Shown in pieces: positions 17,234-27,268 of a stretch of 64,000 nt of DNA (position 1 is the first letter of the stretch; the number at the start of each line of letters is the position of its first letter). Made by a program: the position numbers and the translations under genes. Below the pieces are notes generated by a model, which saw nothing but the letters and a program-made list of their open reading frames with translations, did not search any database and had not been told where the DNA came from. Source of the DNA: Thermoanaerobaculia bacterium. Its GTDB lineage: Bacteria; Acidobacteriota; Thermoanaerobaculia; Multivoradales; JAHEKO01. The stretch lies in assembly GCA_945787575.1 (NCBI GenBank), contig CALZKB010000003.1:19207-83206 (forward strand). The letters are read 5' to 3'.

Positions 17234-17635
17234 GTGGCTGCCATGGAAGAGGAAGCGATCGTCAGGAAGTTCCAGAAGGAGCTCAACTCCGGTACCGCCT
17301 CCCTGGTGGTCCTGGGGCTGATGGCCCGCTCGGCCGAACCGCTGTACGGGTATCAGATCGCCAAGCTCCTGGAGGAGCTCGCGGACGGGCGGCTGCCGAT
17401 GAAGCAAGGCGCCCTCTATCCGGTGCTCCGGTCGATGGAGGCCAACGGTCTCCTCGAGAGCGAAGTGGAGCCATCGACCTCCGCGCCTCCGCGCCGCTAC
17501 TACACGGTGACCGCAGCCGGACACCTCATGCTCGAGCGCTGGATCGCCATCTGGGGCAGCACGCGCGAGTTCATCGACCGGGTATTGGCCGTGACCGAAA
17601 CCGGCGGTCACCACGAGGAGAGCACAGATGTCTGA
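17234..17635 (+). CDS. PadR-family transcriptional regulator
   Basis: YGYQIAK, GALYPVLRSME, PPRRYYTVT. Confidence 0.92.
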   Translation: MAAMEEEAIVRKFQKELNSGTASLVVLGLMARSAEPLYGYQIAKLLEELADGRLPMKQGALYPVLRSMEANGLLESEVEPSTSAPPRRYYTVTAAGHLMLERWIAIWGSTREFIDRVLAVTETGGHHEESTDV

Positions 17636-18536
17636 GAAGATTTCGACCGTCCAGGAGTACTTCGATCGCCTGGCCGCCGCCTTCGCCGGCACCGATCCGG
17701 CCGTGGCGCAAGACGCGACCTACGACGCGCAGGAGTTTCTGGCCGGGGAGCGGGAGGCGCTCGCGGCCGAGGGAGCCGATCCCGACAGCGAATCCGATCT
17801 GGTCGGACGGCTGCTGCGGCGCTTCGGTGAGCCGGCGGAGATCGTTGAGAGCTATCGCGCCACCGAGGCACAGGTGGCCGCGGCCCTGGCTCAGCCGCGG
17901 TCGCGGCCGGCCGCCAGCCTGGCCGGGCGGATTCTGGGGGTCTTCGCCGAGCCGCGCTCCTACGGCGCGCTCTTCTTCATGCTGCTCTCGCTGCCTCTCG
18001 GGATCCTCTACTTCACCTGGGCGATCACCGGCCTGTCGCTGTCACTGGGTCTCGGGATCCTCATCTTCGGCTTTCTCTTCTTCCTGTTCTTCATGTCGAC
18101 CGTCCGGGCCGTGGCGCTCGTCGAGTGCCGCGTCGTCGAGGCGCTGTTGGGGGAGCGGATGCCGCGCCGTCCGTCGGTCGTTCCGCCACGGGGCAAATGG
18201 ACCGAGCGCCTCAAGTTCTGGATCACCGACAGGCGGACCTGGCTGACCATCCTGTACATGATTCTCCGACTGCCGTTGGGCATCATGTACTTCTTGGTCG
18301 CGGTGACGTTCCTGACCTTCGCCCTCGCCTTGACGGTGGCGCCCTTCGCTCAGCTCTTTCTCGACTATCCGATCGTGCATATCTGGGGCAACAACTACTA
18401 CCTGCCGTTGTGGATCATCCCCGTCTTCTGGCTGGCCGGCGCCTTCGATCTGTTGATCCTCATCCACATCGCCCGGGCAGTCGGACGGTGGCACGCGCGG
18501 ATGGCGAAGGCGATGCTGGCGAAACCGGGGATCTAG
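17628..18536 (+). CDS. HAAS plus putative sensor-domain membrane protein
   Basis: Overlaps the padR end; EYFDRL...RFGEPAEI; YGALFFMLLSLPLGILYF...CRVVEALLGERMP. Confidence 0.8.
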   Translation: MSEKISTVQEYFDRLAAAFAGTDPAVAQDATYDAQEFLAGEREALAAEGADPDSESDLVGRLLRRFGEPAEIVESYRATEAQVAAALAQPRSRPAASLAGRILGVFAEPRSYGALFFMLLSLPLGILYFTWAITGLSLSLGLGILIFGFLFFLFFMSTVRAVALVECRVVEALLGERMPRRPSVVPPRGKWTERLKFWITDRRTWLTILYMILRLPLGIMYFLVAVTFLTFALALTVAPFAQLFLDYPIVHIWGNNYYLPLWIIPVFWLAGAFDLLILIHIARAVGRWHARMAKAMLAKPGI

Positions 18537-18595
18537 CGGGTGCCCCAATCAGGTGCCCGATGGGCTCGAGCCGAGCTTGCCGCGTTTCGGCTATC

Positions 18596-19243
18596 TCATG
18601 ACCCTCGACGAACGGCGACCAGCCAGAGCTCCCGGCGCGGCCCCAGCCGGGTGCGTAGCGGCCCGCCGATCGCGCGCAGCGGCAAGGCCAGGAGATTGCC
18701 GACCTGCCAGGGAAGACTCGCGCGCCGCTGCCACAGGTGGGGGTGCACCCGGACGGTACGAAAGCCCTCTTTCCCGAGCAGCCGGATCATGTGTCTGGCG
18801 GCATAGTAGACGTAGTGCTGGGTCCCGCCGTGCGCGAAGAAGTGATGGGTCTCCGGTGACCGTACCGCCAGGTAGAACTCGAGGTTGGGGACGGCGACGA
18901 ACAGGCCGCCCCCCTTGGCCTCGAGGCCGAGCTCGGTCGTGGCTTGCAGCGAATAGCCGAGCGAGCAACCGACGTCGAGCAGCGGCCCCGACTCCACGTG
19001 GTTGAGCAGGTCGAGGATCTGCCGGCGCGACTTGGCGACCCGGTGGCGGCGGCGCCTGGCGTAGCGCTCGTTCCACAGGACGTGCGGCCGCTTCGACGTC
19101 GGGGTCTGGTCGCGGCTCTTGTAGACCAGGTCGCAGGAACAGCGGACGAAGGTGAACTCTGCGCGCTCGACGAACGGCTCCCGTTCGTCGGATCCGCAGA
19201 CCGGACACTCACTCCAGCGGCTGACAGGCGTGGGCGACGACAT
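18596..19243 (-). pseudogene. Zn-ribbon class I SAM methyltransferase with internal in-frame deletion
   Basis: CPVC..CSCDL; LLDVGCSLG followed almost directly by GGLFVAVPN, so the central motifs are absent. Confidence 0.62.
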
Positions 19244-19662
19244 CAGCGCCCTCTTGCGATCGGTTCGGCCGCCTCTCGATTCCGCCGCAGGGCGGCGACC
19301 CGGTCCACCGCCCAGCCGAGGCCACCGTAGACCAGCGACCAGACACCGGCGTTGAGCAGCGCGATGTAGACGTGCTGTACACCGTGAACCACCGTTCTAG
19401 GCTCCCGCAAACCGAGCGCGGTCGCCAGGTCGAACCCTGGTCCGCCATGGAACGTGGCCAAAGGCAGCCCCACCAGGCCCAGCAACGCCGCCAGCGGTCC
19501 GAGAAAGTAGAGCCCGTAGAGTCCCGAAGACGCCGGTGCGATCACCAGGCCAAGAGCGAAGCCCGTCGTTCGCCACAGTCTGCTCGGCGCGTGGCGCCCG
19601 GCCCACCAGAATGCCGCGACCGGGACCAACCACAAAGCGAGCAATGCGACGAGGGTGAGCAT
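19243..19662 (-). CDS. Hypothetical membrane protein
   Basis: Hydrophobic 139-aa ORF whose stop overlaps the next ATG. Confidence 0.6.
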   Translation of the reverse strand: MLTLVALLALWLVPVAAFWWAGRHAPSRLWRTTGFALGLVIAPASSGLYGLYFLGPLAALLGLVGLPLATFHGGPGFDLATALGLREPRTVVHGVQHVYIALLNAGVWSLVYGGLGWAVDRVAALRRNREAAEPIARGR

Positions 19663-19845
19663 TCACGATGACTCTACCCTCTCAGGCGGCTCCCCCGGCA
19701 TCTCGCGGAGCTTGCCTTCTGGCGCCGGTGATCGGGGGCCTGCCCGGTCCCGACGAGCGCCGGGACAAGCCCTGTGGATCGCTGGGTTATGCTGTTTCTT
19801 TGTGTCCCATGATGAGGATCTCGGATGCGAAAGGACGGCGAGACG

Positions 19846-20295
19846 ATGCGAACGACAATAGCGATCCTGACCCTGCTCTTGGCCTCGGTGGCAACAGCGC
19901 CGCCGCTTCGAGCGGCCGACGACGGGGCCGACGTCCAAGCTGCAATCGAAGCGGTCATCGAGAAGGCCTACGTGCACGGCATCTGGCTCGACGGTGACGA
20001 AGCGGTGGCGCGCAGCGGTTTCGACCCCTCCTTCGTCATGCAAGTCGCGCAAGAGGACCACGTTCTGTCCGTGTCGCTCGATGATTGGCTCGCACGCCTC
20101 GGATTGCATGGTGAGCCGTTGGACGAGAACATCACCCATCGCATCGAGGTGCTCGACCACAGCGGCACCGCGGCCGTCGCGCTAGTCGAGGTCCATCGAG
20201 ACGGCCAGCCCCTCTACACCGACTACATGAGCCTCTACAGATCCGGCGACGGTTGGCGGATCGTCGCGAAGATCTTCCACTCGCACCCACAGTGA
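19846..20295 (+). CDS. Secreted NTF2-like (lumazine-binding-type) protein
   Basis: Signal peptide; YVHGI...YTDYMSLYRSGDGWRIVAKIF. Confidence 0.85.
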   Translation: MRTTIAILTLLLASVATAPPLRAADDGADVQAAIEAVIEKAYVHGIWLDGDEAVARSGFDPSFVMQVAQEDHVLSVSLDDWLARLGLHGEPLDENITHRIEVLDHSGTAAVALVEVHRDGQPLYTDYMSLYRSGDGWRIVAKIFHSHPQ

Positions 20296-20338
20296 GAGTC
20301 CAAGACCGACCTCGCCACGGGGCGCTACGGTGCGGGCC

Positions 20339-20641
20339 TTACTCCCCCTCGCCTATGGGCTCGCTCGAGGTTCCGAGAAAAGCATGGCCCGACACGAAGT
20401 AGTAGTTGATGGGCTTCTCATTTCTCAGAATGTCGATGACGCCAGCGAGCATCTCCGAGGGCAGGTGCATCATGATCTTGCCGCCGGTTTCGGAGTCGGC
20501 GGGGAACGGCATCCCCTTATCGTGAAACCGGACCCAGCCGAGCACGTTCGATTCGTCGGAAAGCTGAATCTGAGCTCGATTGTCGCTGTAGCCGTCGCCA
20601 GAGCCGTAGAACAGGATGTGGTACTGGGTAACGTTCGCCAT
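20339..20641 (-). CDS. Hypothetical protein (100 aa)
   Basis: AAGGAG RBS; protein-like composition, ...DILRNEKPINYYF...TSSEPIGEGE. Confidence 0.75.
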   Translation of the reverse strand: MANVTQYHILFYGSGDGYSDNRAQIQLSDESNVLGWVRFHDKGMPFPADSETGGKIMMHLPSEMLAGVIDILRNEKPINYYFVSGHAFLGTSSEPIGEGE

Positions 20642-21099
20642 CTTTGGTCTCCTTGCGAAGTGGATTGGAGATGATCCGGCGCGGTGGCAATGCCGCCCCG
20701 AAATCTGTCAGCGGGGACCGCGCCATCTGCGGATCGCTTTCGAGCCCGCGGGGCAGCTCCATCCGGCCTGGAGCCGCCCAGGCGCTCGATCAGATTCGGC
20801 GGTGGGCGTCCCGCTGCCCTGCTTGCTCTCGCTATCTGATAGCACGCAGCACGAGCTCGCAGACACACCCGCTTGGGTAGTGCCTGTCGACCGAGGACAA
20901 GGAAACCAACGGGGAACGGAGTTGGCTCTGAGGCGTAGCTAGACCCGCCAGCCATAGGTAGCCGGGGGACTTGTGCTCCCGGTCCGCGCAAGAGGAAGGC
21001 CGGCCACGGGTGCCGGCCCTACTGCCGAGGGATGACCGAGATAGCGCAACAGGGCCGGGACGGGCGGGAAGGCGGCGAGGACCAGGGAACAGGCGGGCG

Positions 21100-22386
21100 A
21101 TGGAAGTGGTTGTGAAGCTAGAATGGACCGAGCCCCGCGAGGCCGCATTCTTGAGCTCGCACGACCCCCAAGGACTGATCTTCGACTGGGCCGAGTTCGG
21201 CCCGGAGCGCTTCGCGGCGCCCCAACGCGTCGAGGTCAACGACGAGACGCTGCGGGACGGTCTGCAGAGTCCTTCGGTCGTCGACCCCCCGATCGCGACC
21301 AAGATCGACATCCTCCGTCGGATGGACCGGTTGACGATCGAGTGCGCCAGTATGGGCATTCCGGCGGCGGGGCCGCGACAGCGAGAGGACGCCGCTGCTC
21401 TGTGCCGTGAGATTGCCGATTCCGGACTCGCGCTCCGTCCCAATCTCGGAGGGCGTACGGTGATCGGCGACGTCGAAGCGATCGTCGACGTCGCGCAAGC
21501 AAGCGGCTCGGCGGTCGAGGCGTGCCTCTTCATCGGCAGCAGCCCGATCCGCCAGCTCGCCGAGGAATGGGACCTGGAGGGAATGCTGCGCAACACCCGC
21601 GAGGCGGTCGGCTTGGCCGCGGCGGAGGAGCTTGCCGTGACCTACATCACCGAGGACACGGTTCGGTCGGCGCCGGAGCATCTCGCGCTGTTGCTCGAGG
21701 CGGCGGTCGATGCCGGAGCCGCGCGGGTTTGTCTTTGCGACACGGCCGGCGCGGCGATTCCGCAGGGGGTGAGCAACCTCGTCGGCTGGGTTCGCCAGCG
21801 GCTCGGTCAAGGAGTGGGGATCGACTGGCACGGTCACCGCGACCGCGGCCTCGGCATGGCCAATACCCTGGCGGCGATCCAGGCGGGCGCGACTCGGGTC
21901 CACGGCACGGTACTCGGGATCGGGGAACGCGTCGGCAACACGGCGACCGAGCAGATCCTCGTCAACCTCGAGCTGCTCGGTCTGGCAAAGCGCGACCTCG
22001 AGGGGCTGCCCGCCTTGGTCGAGACGGTCGCCGCTGCCCTCGGGGTGGAGATACCTTCGAGCACCGCCGTCGTCGGTCGCGACGCCTTTCGCACCGCTAC
22101 CGGCGTCCACGCCGCCGCCCTCTTCAAAGCGGAGCGGCTCGGCGACCCCGAGCTCGTCGACCAGATCTACTCCGGGGTTCCCGCCCGCCGGCTCGGGCGC
22201 AGGCAGGAGATCGAGATCGGCCCGCTCTCGGGCACCGCCAACGTGATCCACTTCCTACGCGCTCACGATCTGCCCGAGGACCCCCAGCTGATCGCCGATA
22301 TTCTGGCAACCGCCAAGGGCTCACCGCGGGTGCTGAGCGAGGACGAGGTGCTCGCTGTCGTCGAGGAGGCGGGGGTCGAGCGATGA
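21100..22386 (+). CDS. DRE-TIM acyltransferase, 2-isopropylmalate/homocitrate synthase family (no regulatory domain)
   Basis: DETLRDGLQ, LCDTAG, HGHRDRGL, GIGERVGN, GVHAAA. Confidence 0.88.
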   Translation: MEVVVKLEWTEPREAAFLSSHDPQGLIFDWAEFGPERFAAPQRVEVNDETLRDGLQSPSVVDPPIATKIDILRRMDRLTIECASMGIPAAGPRQREDAAALCREIADSGLALRPNLGGRTVIGDVEAIVDVAQASGSAVEACLFIGSSPIRQLAEEWDLEGMLRNTREAVGLAAAEELAVTYITEDTVRSAPEHLALLLEAAVDAGAARVCLCDTAGAAIPQGVSNLVGWVRQRLGQGVGIDWHGHRDRGLGMANTLAAIQAGATRVHGTVLGIGERVGNTATEQILVNLELLGLAKRDLEGLPALVETVAAALGVEIPSSTAVVGRDAFRTATGVHAAALFKAERLGDPELVDQIYSGVPARRLGRRQEIEIGPLSGTANVIHFLRAHDLPEDPQLIADILATAKGSPRVLSEDEVLAVVEEAGVER

Positions 22387-23735
22387 GCGACGAGGGAGGC
22401 GGCTCGGCGTCGCTGCGGGTCTGTAACCCCAATCTCGAGCTGGCCGAACCAGCCGGCGGCAGCTATTTCGTCTCCACCTATCCGCCGTTCTCAGCCTGGT
22501 CCGGGGCCGGCGGCAGGGAGTGGCGCCACCGCCTCGACACGCCTCGTTCCAAGCCGAGCTCCGTGCCGCTGGGACTCTACGTTCACATCCCCTTCTGCGT
22601 CGATCGCTGTCACTACTGTTACTACCTCTCCCACGACGACCGGCTCGACGACCTCGATCGCTATATTCGTGCGCTCGAGAGCGAGCTCGAGCTCCACGCC
22701 CGGACGCCGGCGTTGGGAGGACGGGAGCTCGATTTCGTCTACTTCGGCGGAGGCACGCCCTCCCTGCTCTCCGCGGCGCGCATCGAGCGGCTGATGAGCG
22801 CGCTGCAGGACGTCTGGTCGTGGCACTCGACCCGCGAGGTGAGCTTCGAATGCGCTCCGCGAAGCACCACCACGAAGAAGCTCGAAGCGCTGCGCGACTG
22901 GGGGGTCACGCGAATCAGCCTCGGCGCTCAGCAGATGAACGACGAGGTTCTGCGTGCCAACGGTCGGGTGCACCTCACGGCCGACGTCGAAGCGGCCTAC
23001 CGCGACATTCGCGAGGTCGGCTTCGCCGTCGTCAACGTCGATCTCATCGTCGGCCTCGTCGGCGAGACCGACGAGACCTTCGACTCGAGCCTCGAGCGAA
23101 TCGTCGAGCTGGAGCCCGACAGCGTGACGATCTACCAGCTCGAGATCCCGCTCAACACCCCACTGTGGAGCTCGCTCCAGCACGGCGAGGTGCCGACGAT
23201 CGCATCCTGGGCCACCAAGAGAGATCGTCTGCGACGCGCATTCGACCGGCTCGAGAGAGCCGGCTACGCACAGGCGAGCGCCTACGCCGCGGTCCGCGAT
23301 CCCGAGCGACATCGATTCCTCTATCAGATCGAGCAGTATCACGGTGCCGATCTTCTCGGTATCGGCGCCTCGGCCTTCTCCCACATCGACGGTTTCAACC
23401 AGCAGAACCTGCCCGATCTCGGCGAGTACCTCGAACGGGTGGAGGACCGTGAACCGCCCCTTTTTCGGGTCTACGAGTCCACCCCGGAAGAATGCATGAT
23501 TCGCGAGTTCGTCTTGCAGTTGAAGCTCGGTCGCGTCGAGCGCGCCTACTTCGCCGAGAAGTTCGGAATCGACCTCGAGAGGCGGTTCGCGACTCCCCTC
23601 TCCGATCTCGAGGCGCGCGGTTGGCTGGGCGTCGACGACGATCACGTGACCGTGACCCGCGAAGGACTGCTACGAGTCGACCGGATGCTCCAGTCCTTCT
23701 ATCTCCCCGAGCACCGGGGGATCCGGTATTCGTGA
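22383..23735 (+). CDS. HemN-like (class C) radical SAM protein
   Basis: ATGA overlap; GLYVHIPFCVDRCHYC, YFGGGTPS, VNVDLIVGL, LGIGASAFS. Confidence 0.9.
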   Translation: MSDEGGGSASLRVCNPNLELAEPAGGSYFVSTYPPFSAWSGAGGREWRHRLDTPRSKPSSVPLGLYVHIPFCVDRCHYCYYLSHDDRLDDLDRYIRALESELELHARTPALGGRELDFVYFGGGTPSLLSAARIERLMSALQDVWSWHSTREVSFECAPRSTTTKKLEALRDWGVTRISLGAQQMNDEVLRANGRVHLTADVEAAYRDIREVGFAVVNVDLIVGLVGETDETFDSSLERIVELEPDSVTIYQLEIPLNTPLWSSLQHGEVPTIASWATKRDRLRRAFDRLERAGYAQASAYAAVRDPERHRFLYQIEQYHGADLLGIGASAFSHIDGFNQQNLPDLGEYLERVEDREPPLFRVYESTPEECMIREFVLQLKLGRVERAYFAEKFGIDLERRFATPLSDLEARGWLGVDDDHVTVTREGLLRVDRMLQSFYLPEHRGIRYS

Positions 23736-23781
23736 TCGCAGCGCCGCGGCGAGGGTTCACCGCCGGTGCGGACTTCGTGGC

Positions 23782-23967
23782 CTACTCGCGCGGTGCGAGT
23801 TCGTCGGGCTGCTCGGGTTGCTCGCCGTCGGGCGGGATCGCGCCCTCGAGTCGGGCCTTCTTGAGCGCCTTCCGCAGCGCCATCTTCTCCTGCTTGGCCA
23901 AGCGTTTCTCTCTCTTGGCTTGTTCGCGCTGGCGTTTCGCCATGGTCTGCGGTCCTGGTCTGCCCAT
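23782..23967 (-). CDS. Small basic protein (61 aa)
   Basis: GAGGAAAGG RBS; KRQREQAKREKRLAK basic helix plus acidic tail. Confidence 0.7.
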   Translation of the reverse strand: MGRPGPQTMAKRQREQAKREKRLAKQEKMALRKALKKARLEGAIPPDGEQPEQPDELAPRE

Positions 23968-24142
23968 AAACGGGGTCCTTTCCTCGGGGAAGTGAGCGGC
24001 CCTGGGTGCCTGGTAGTCAATGCCGGCACCGCCTGCAGTCAGGGCCAGGCGAACAGTGGCGAGTGCCGACGGGTCTCGACGGATTGTACCCTTTGCGCTC
24101 CGCTGCCCGTCCGGGAGGTGCGCGAGGAGGTCGCCAAGGCGC

Positions 24143-27100
24143 TCAGGGAATCGTCACGTCCCAAGCCGAGGTGTCGCCCGATTCGAAGCCATCGGCGAAC
24201 ACCAGCTGCTGGCACAGGGTGCATCGATCGCAGCTATCCGCTACCCCGTTGCCGTTCAGATCGGCCTCACAGGAAGCCGCGTAGGCACCGGGCCTACCGC
24301 CGGCGGCCAGACAGGCGTCGGGCAGCATCTCGGCGCAACCTCCCGGAAGACAGCAGGAGACCTCCACGGCGCCGGCCACCGGTGCGGACAGCACCCTGAG
24401 GACGTCGTCGCGGTCGAACGGAATCACGAACGGGTGGGAGTTCTCCTTCAGCTCCGCTCCTTGCTCGTCCTTGAAGCGATCCATCTGCTGCACGTCTACG
24501 AACGCTCGGCTGGCTCCCGGGGCGGAGAGCGTTGCCCGCAGCTCGGGCACCAGCGGATCGGTCACCTCCACCAGCTGCAGTCCCAGAGCACGGTTGGCGA
24601 CCACCGCGTAGTCGTCGACACCGGGCGGTGCGATCTGGCTCGCGACGTCGACGTCCACGACCTCTCCACCGAGGTCGAGCGTGCCGGCGACGGTCGGGGC
24701 GTCGGGGTGGGTGATGTCGAAGACCCGCAGCCCCCCGGCGCCGGCGGCGACGTAGAGGTAGTCGTGCTCGCGCGACGGGACGACATCGTCTGCCGGCAGG
24801 TAGCGGGTGTAGGTGTCGAGCGCTTGCGCGCCATCGAGGGCGATGCCGTCAACCAGCCGTGGGGTGGCGAAATCAGGAAGCAGATCGACGATTCGAACGC
24901 CGTAACCGGGATCGGCAACGTAGGCGCGGACCGCGAACGCCGGACCCATCTGGTAGTGGGCGTAGAGAGCGACGTCAGCGGCGTGGAGGCCGTCGGCGGC
25001 GCCGAGGATTTGCGGAGCCGAGTGGTCGGCGATGTCCACCACCACCAGCCCGTCGTCGCCGGCCGCGACGAAGAGATGAGCGCCCCAGGGCACCGCGCGC
25101 AGGGCTCCCGGTAGGGGTACCGTCGCAACCCAGACGAGGGTCTCGGGCTGCTCGTTGTCGTAGATCTGGACCCCGACCCCGGCGTCGACCACGTAGAGAT
25201 AGCGAGCCACGCGCGCGACGTCGACGGCATCGATCCCGGTGACGGTGGCGACCGGCTCGGTGGGCAGCCCGGCACGCAGGTCAAAGACCGACAACCCACC
25301 AGGCCCGGATGCCACGTAGAGATAGTCGGTCGTCCCGTCCACCAGATCGGGCAGGACCGCGAGGGCGTGGGGCGTCGTCGCCGGAATGGTGCCCACCCAC
25401 TGGGGCAAGTCGGGATCGCTCCACCGATCGAACACCGAGACACCGCCGTCCGCGAGCAGAAAGGCCCAGGTTCTGGCCAGCGAATAGCTTCCGGTACCCA
25501 ATCCCAAGGCCGGTGGTGAGCGGTGACACTCGACGCAGGTACGCACCTCGCCCGCCGGTCTCACGCTGTGGGCGTGCACCGGTTGATGGGCCAGACCCGA
25601 CTTGCCGTTGGCGGTCGACGGCATCTTGAAGTCGAGGATCTTCGAGCCGTCCGCCGCCGTCACGTCGGCGATCGGGTGGCAGCCGACGATGTAGGGAGCG
25701 ACCCGGCCCTCTTTGTTGGGGCCCATCGAGAAGGCCCGCAGCGCCTCGAAGACCTTGTTGTTGGTCGACACCTTGCCCACCTCGTAGTCGCGCGTGATCA
25801 GGTTCTGCCCCACTTCACGCTCGTCGCGCTCGAAGTGGCAGCCGTAGCAGTTGGGCACCCACGACGTGTGACAGGCGTAGCACTCGAGACCGCCTTCGTC
25901 CTTCACGTGCTCGCTGGTCATCGCGAGCGCGGCTCTCGGGTTGTAGTCACTCGACGCGGGGTCGACGAGATCCTTGATCTGAAGTGGTACGTGATGGACT
26001 CCGTCGACCTTGGAGATCAGGATCGGCTCGCTGCCGCTGGTGTCGACGTTGGGCAACGGCAGGCCGTCGTTGTCGAGGAAGGTGGCGTAGGCGTCCGGCG
26101 TTCCGTGGCAAGTCCGACACTCGATCCGGGTCGCCTGGTCCATGTGGCCCCAGATGTTGCCGTCACCCATCACCTCGCTCTTGACGTGGCAGTCGATGCA
26201 GTGCAGGCCCCGCTCGTGATGGAAGTCCGGGGGATTGGTCGCGGCGTCGGTGTAGTGGTAGTTGCGGTTGAACCGCTCGTCGGTGGTGCCGGGCACCCCC
26301 GGCCCGGAGGGCAGCCGCGGAGGCATCTGGGCCCTCCCGGTGAAGGTCAGGCCGATGCGCGCGCCGCGATGATGGCAGTGCAGGCACTGAGAGGTCGCAA
26401 TCGCCTTGGTGACCCGGTGGATGATCGGGTGCCCCGGCTCCTCGTGATCGATCGAGGAATCCGCGCTCTGCGAAAGGCCGTCGTCGGCGTAGGGCATGTG
26501 ACAGGCGACGCAGCCGTCCGCTCGGTAAGTCCCGTCTTCGCCCTCCGCGCCGCGGTAGCCTCGGCCGCGCGACCACAGATGACAACGGGCGCAGGCTTGG
26601 CCCGGCACGGCGGCATAGTGGGTGGCCACCTTGGACGGGTCGGCACTCGGGTCGTAGGTGATGAGATCGTCGAGACTCTCGACCGCCCCTTCGTCGATGG
26701 GCACCGTGCCGTCTTCGTCGACGACCGCGAACATGCCGTAGATCGGGGTCTTGGTGTCGACCACGCCGTTCTGGTAGAGCCCTCCGCTGACGTGGCCGGC
26801 GTTGTTGGTCATCAGGTTCTTGAGCACGGTCTCGGCCTCGGCCGGGTGGCAGAGGGCGCAAGTGTCGTCCACGACGCGCAGGTTGCTCGGGTTGACGAAA
26901 CGTTGGTACGGCAGGTCTTCCTCGAGCGGCGCGGTCGTCACGTCGTCGATGACCAACCGCGTCGGCTGAACGTGGGCGGCGAGCTTGGTCGTCGCCTGTC
27001 CATCGCCGCCGTGGCAGAACGTGCAGTGGAGCTCGAAGCCCATCTCCTCGGTGGCGTTCTCGATCTCCCCGTGGCAGGTGCGGCAACCGGGATCGTCACC

Positions 27101-27268
27101 TAGGCCGTCGAGACGGCTCGACACCGCCTCGATCCGGGGCTGGGACAGGTCCGCCGGTCGAGAGCGGTGCTGCGCCCGGACGCCCTCGGCCGCCACCACG
27201 GCGGCAATCAGGACGAACCCGATGACGGGTCCGATGAAGCGCGCGCGAGCTCTCTGCTTGGGGGCCTT
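24143..27268 (-). CDS. Multiheme c-type cytochrome (11 CxxCH) with LVIVD-like repeats, Cys-rich linker and GFESGDTSAW tail; start codon defective
   Basis: CRTCH, CTFCH, CALCH, CARCH, CVACH, CLHCH, CIDCH, CRTCH, CYACH, CYGCH, CVECH; YLYVASGPGGLSVFD-type repeats; signal peptide encoded upstream of the listed GTG. Confidence 0.88.
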   Translation of the reverse strand, partial: KAPKQRARARFIGPVIGFVLIAAVVAAEGVRAQHRSRPADLSQPRIEAVSSRLDGLGDDPGCRTCHGEIENATEEMGFELHCTFCHGGDGQATTKLAAHVQPTRLVIDDVTTAPLEEDLPYQRFVNPSNLRVVDDTCALCHPAEAETVLKNLMTNNAGHVSGGLYQNGVVDTKTPIYGMFAVVDEDGTVPIDEGAVESLDDLITYDPSADPSKVATHYAAVPGQACARCHLWSRGRGYRGAEGEDGTYRADGCVACHMPYADDGLSQSADSSIDHEEPGHPIIHRVTKAIATSQCLHCHHRGARIGLTFTGRAQMPPRLPSGPGVPGTTDERFNRNYHYTDAATNPPDFHHERGLHCIDCHVKSEVMGDGNIWGHMDQATRIECRTCHGTPDAYATFLDNDGLPLPNVDTSGSEPILISKVDGVHHVPLQIKDLVDPASSDYNPRAALAMTSEHVKDEGGLECYACHTSWVPNCYGCHFERDEREVGQNLITRDYEVGKVSTNNKVFEALRAFSMGPNKEGRVAPYIVGCHPIADVTAADGSKILDFKMPSTANGKSGLAHQPVHAHSVRPAGEVRTCVECHRSPPALGLGTGSYSLARTWAFLLADGGVSVFDRWSDPDLPQWVGTIPATTPHALAVLPDLVDGTTDYLYVASGPGGLSVFDLRAGLPTEPVATVTGIDAVDVARVARYLYVVDAGVGVQIYDNEQPETLVWVATVPLPGALRAVPWGAHLFVAAGDDGLVVVDIADHSAPQILGAADGLHAADVALYAHYQMGPAFAVRAYVADPGYGVRIVDLLPDFATPRLVDGIALDGAQALDTYTRYLPADDVVPSREHDYLYVAAGAGGLRVFDITHPDAPTVAGTLDLGGEVVDVDVASQIAPPGVDDYAVVANRALGLQLVEVTDPLVPELRATLSAPGASRAFVDVQQMDRFKDEQGAELKENSHPFVIPFDRDDVLRVLSAPVAGAVEVSCCLPGGCAEMLPDACLAAGGRPGAYAASCEADLNGNGVADSCDRCTLCQQLVFADGFESGDTSAWDVTIP

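Noticed and set aside
20642-21099. Long intergenic region as a leucine attenuator or riboswitch
   Set aside because: I recognised no Leu-rich leader peptide, T-box or aptamer consensus.
21100-23735. Gene symbols leuA and hemN
   Set aside because: Family motifs only; the context and missing domains argue against assuming the canonical functions.
23968-24142. Riboswitch in the leader of the small basic protein
   Set aside because: A TACAAT -10-like box and GC stems are present, but no known aptamer consensus.
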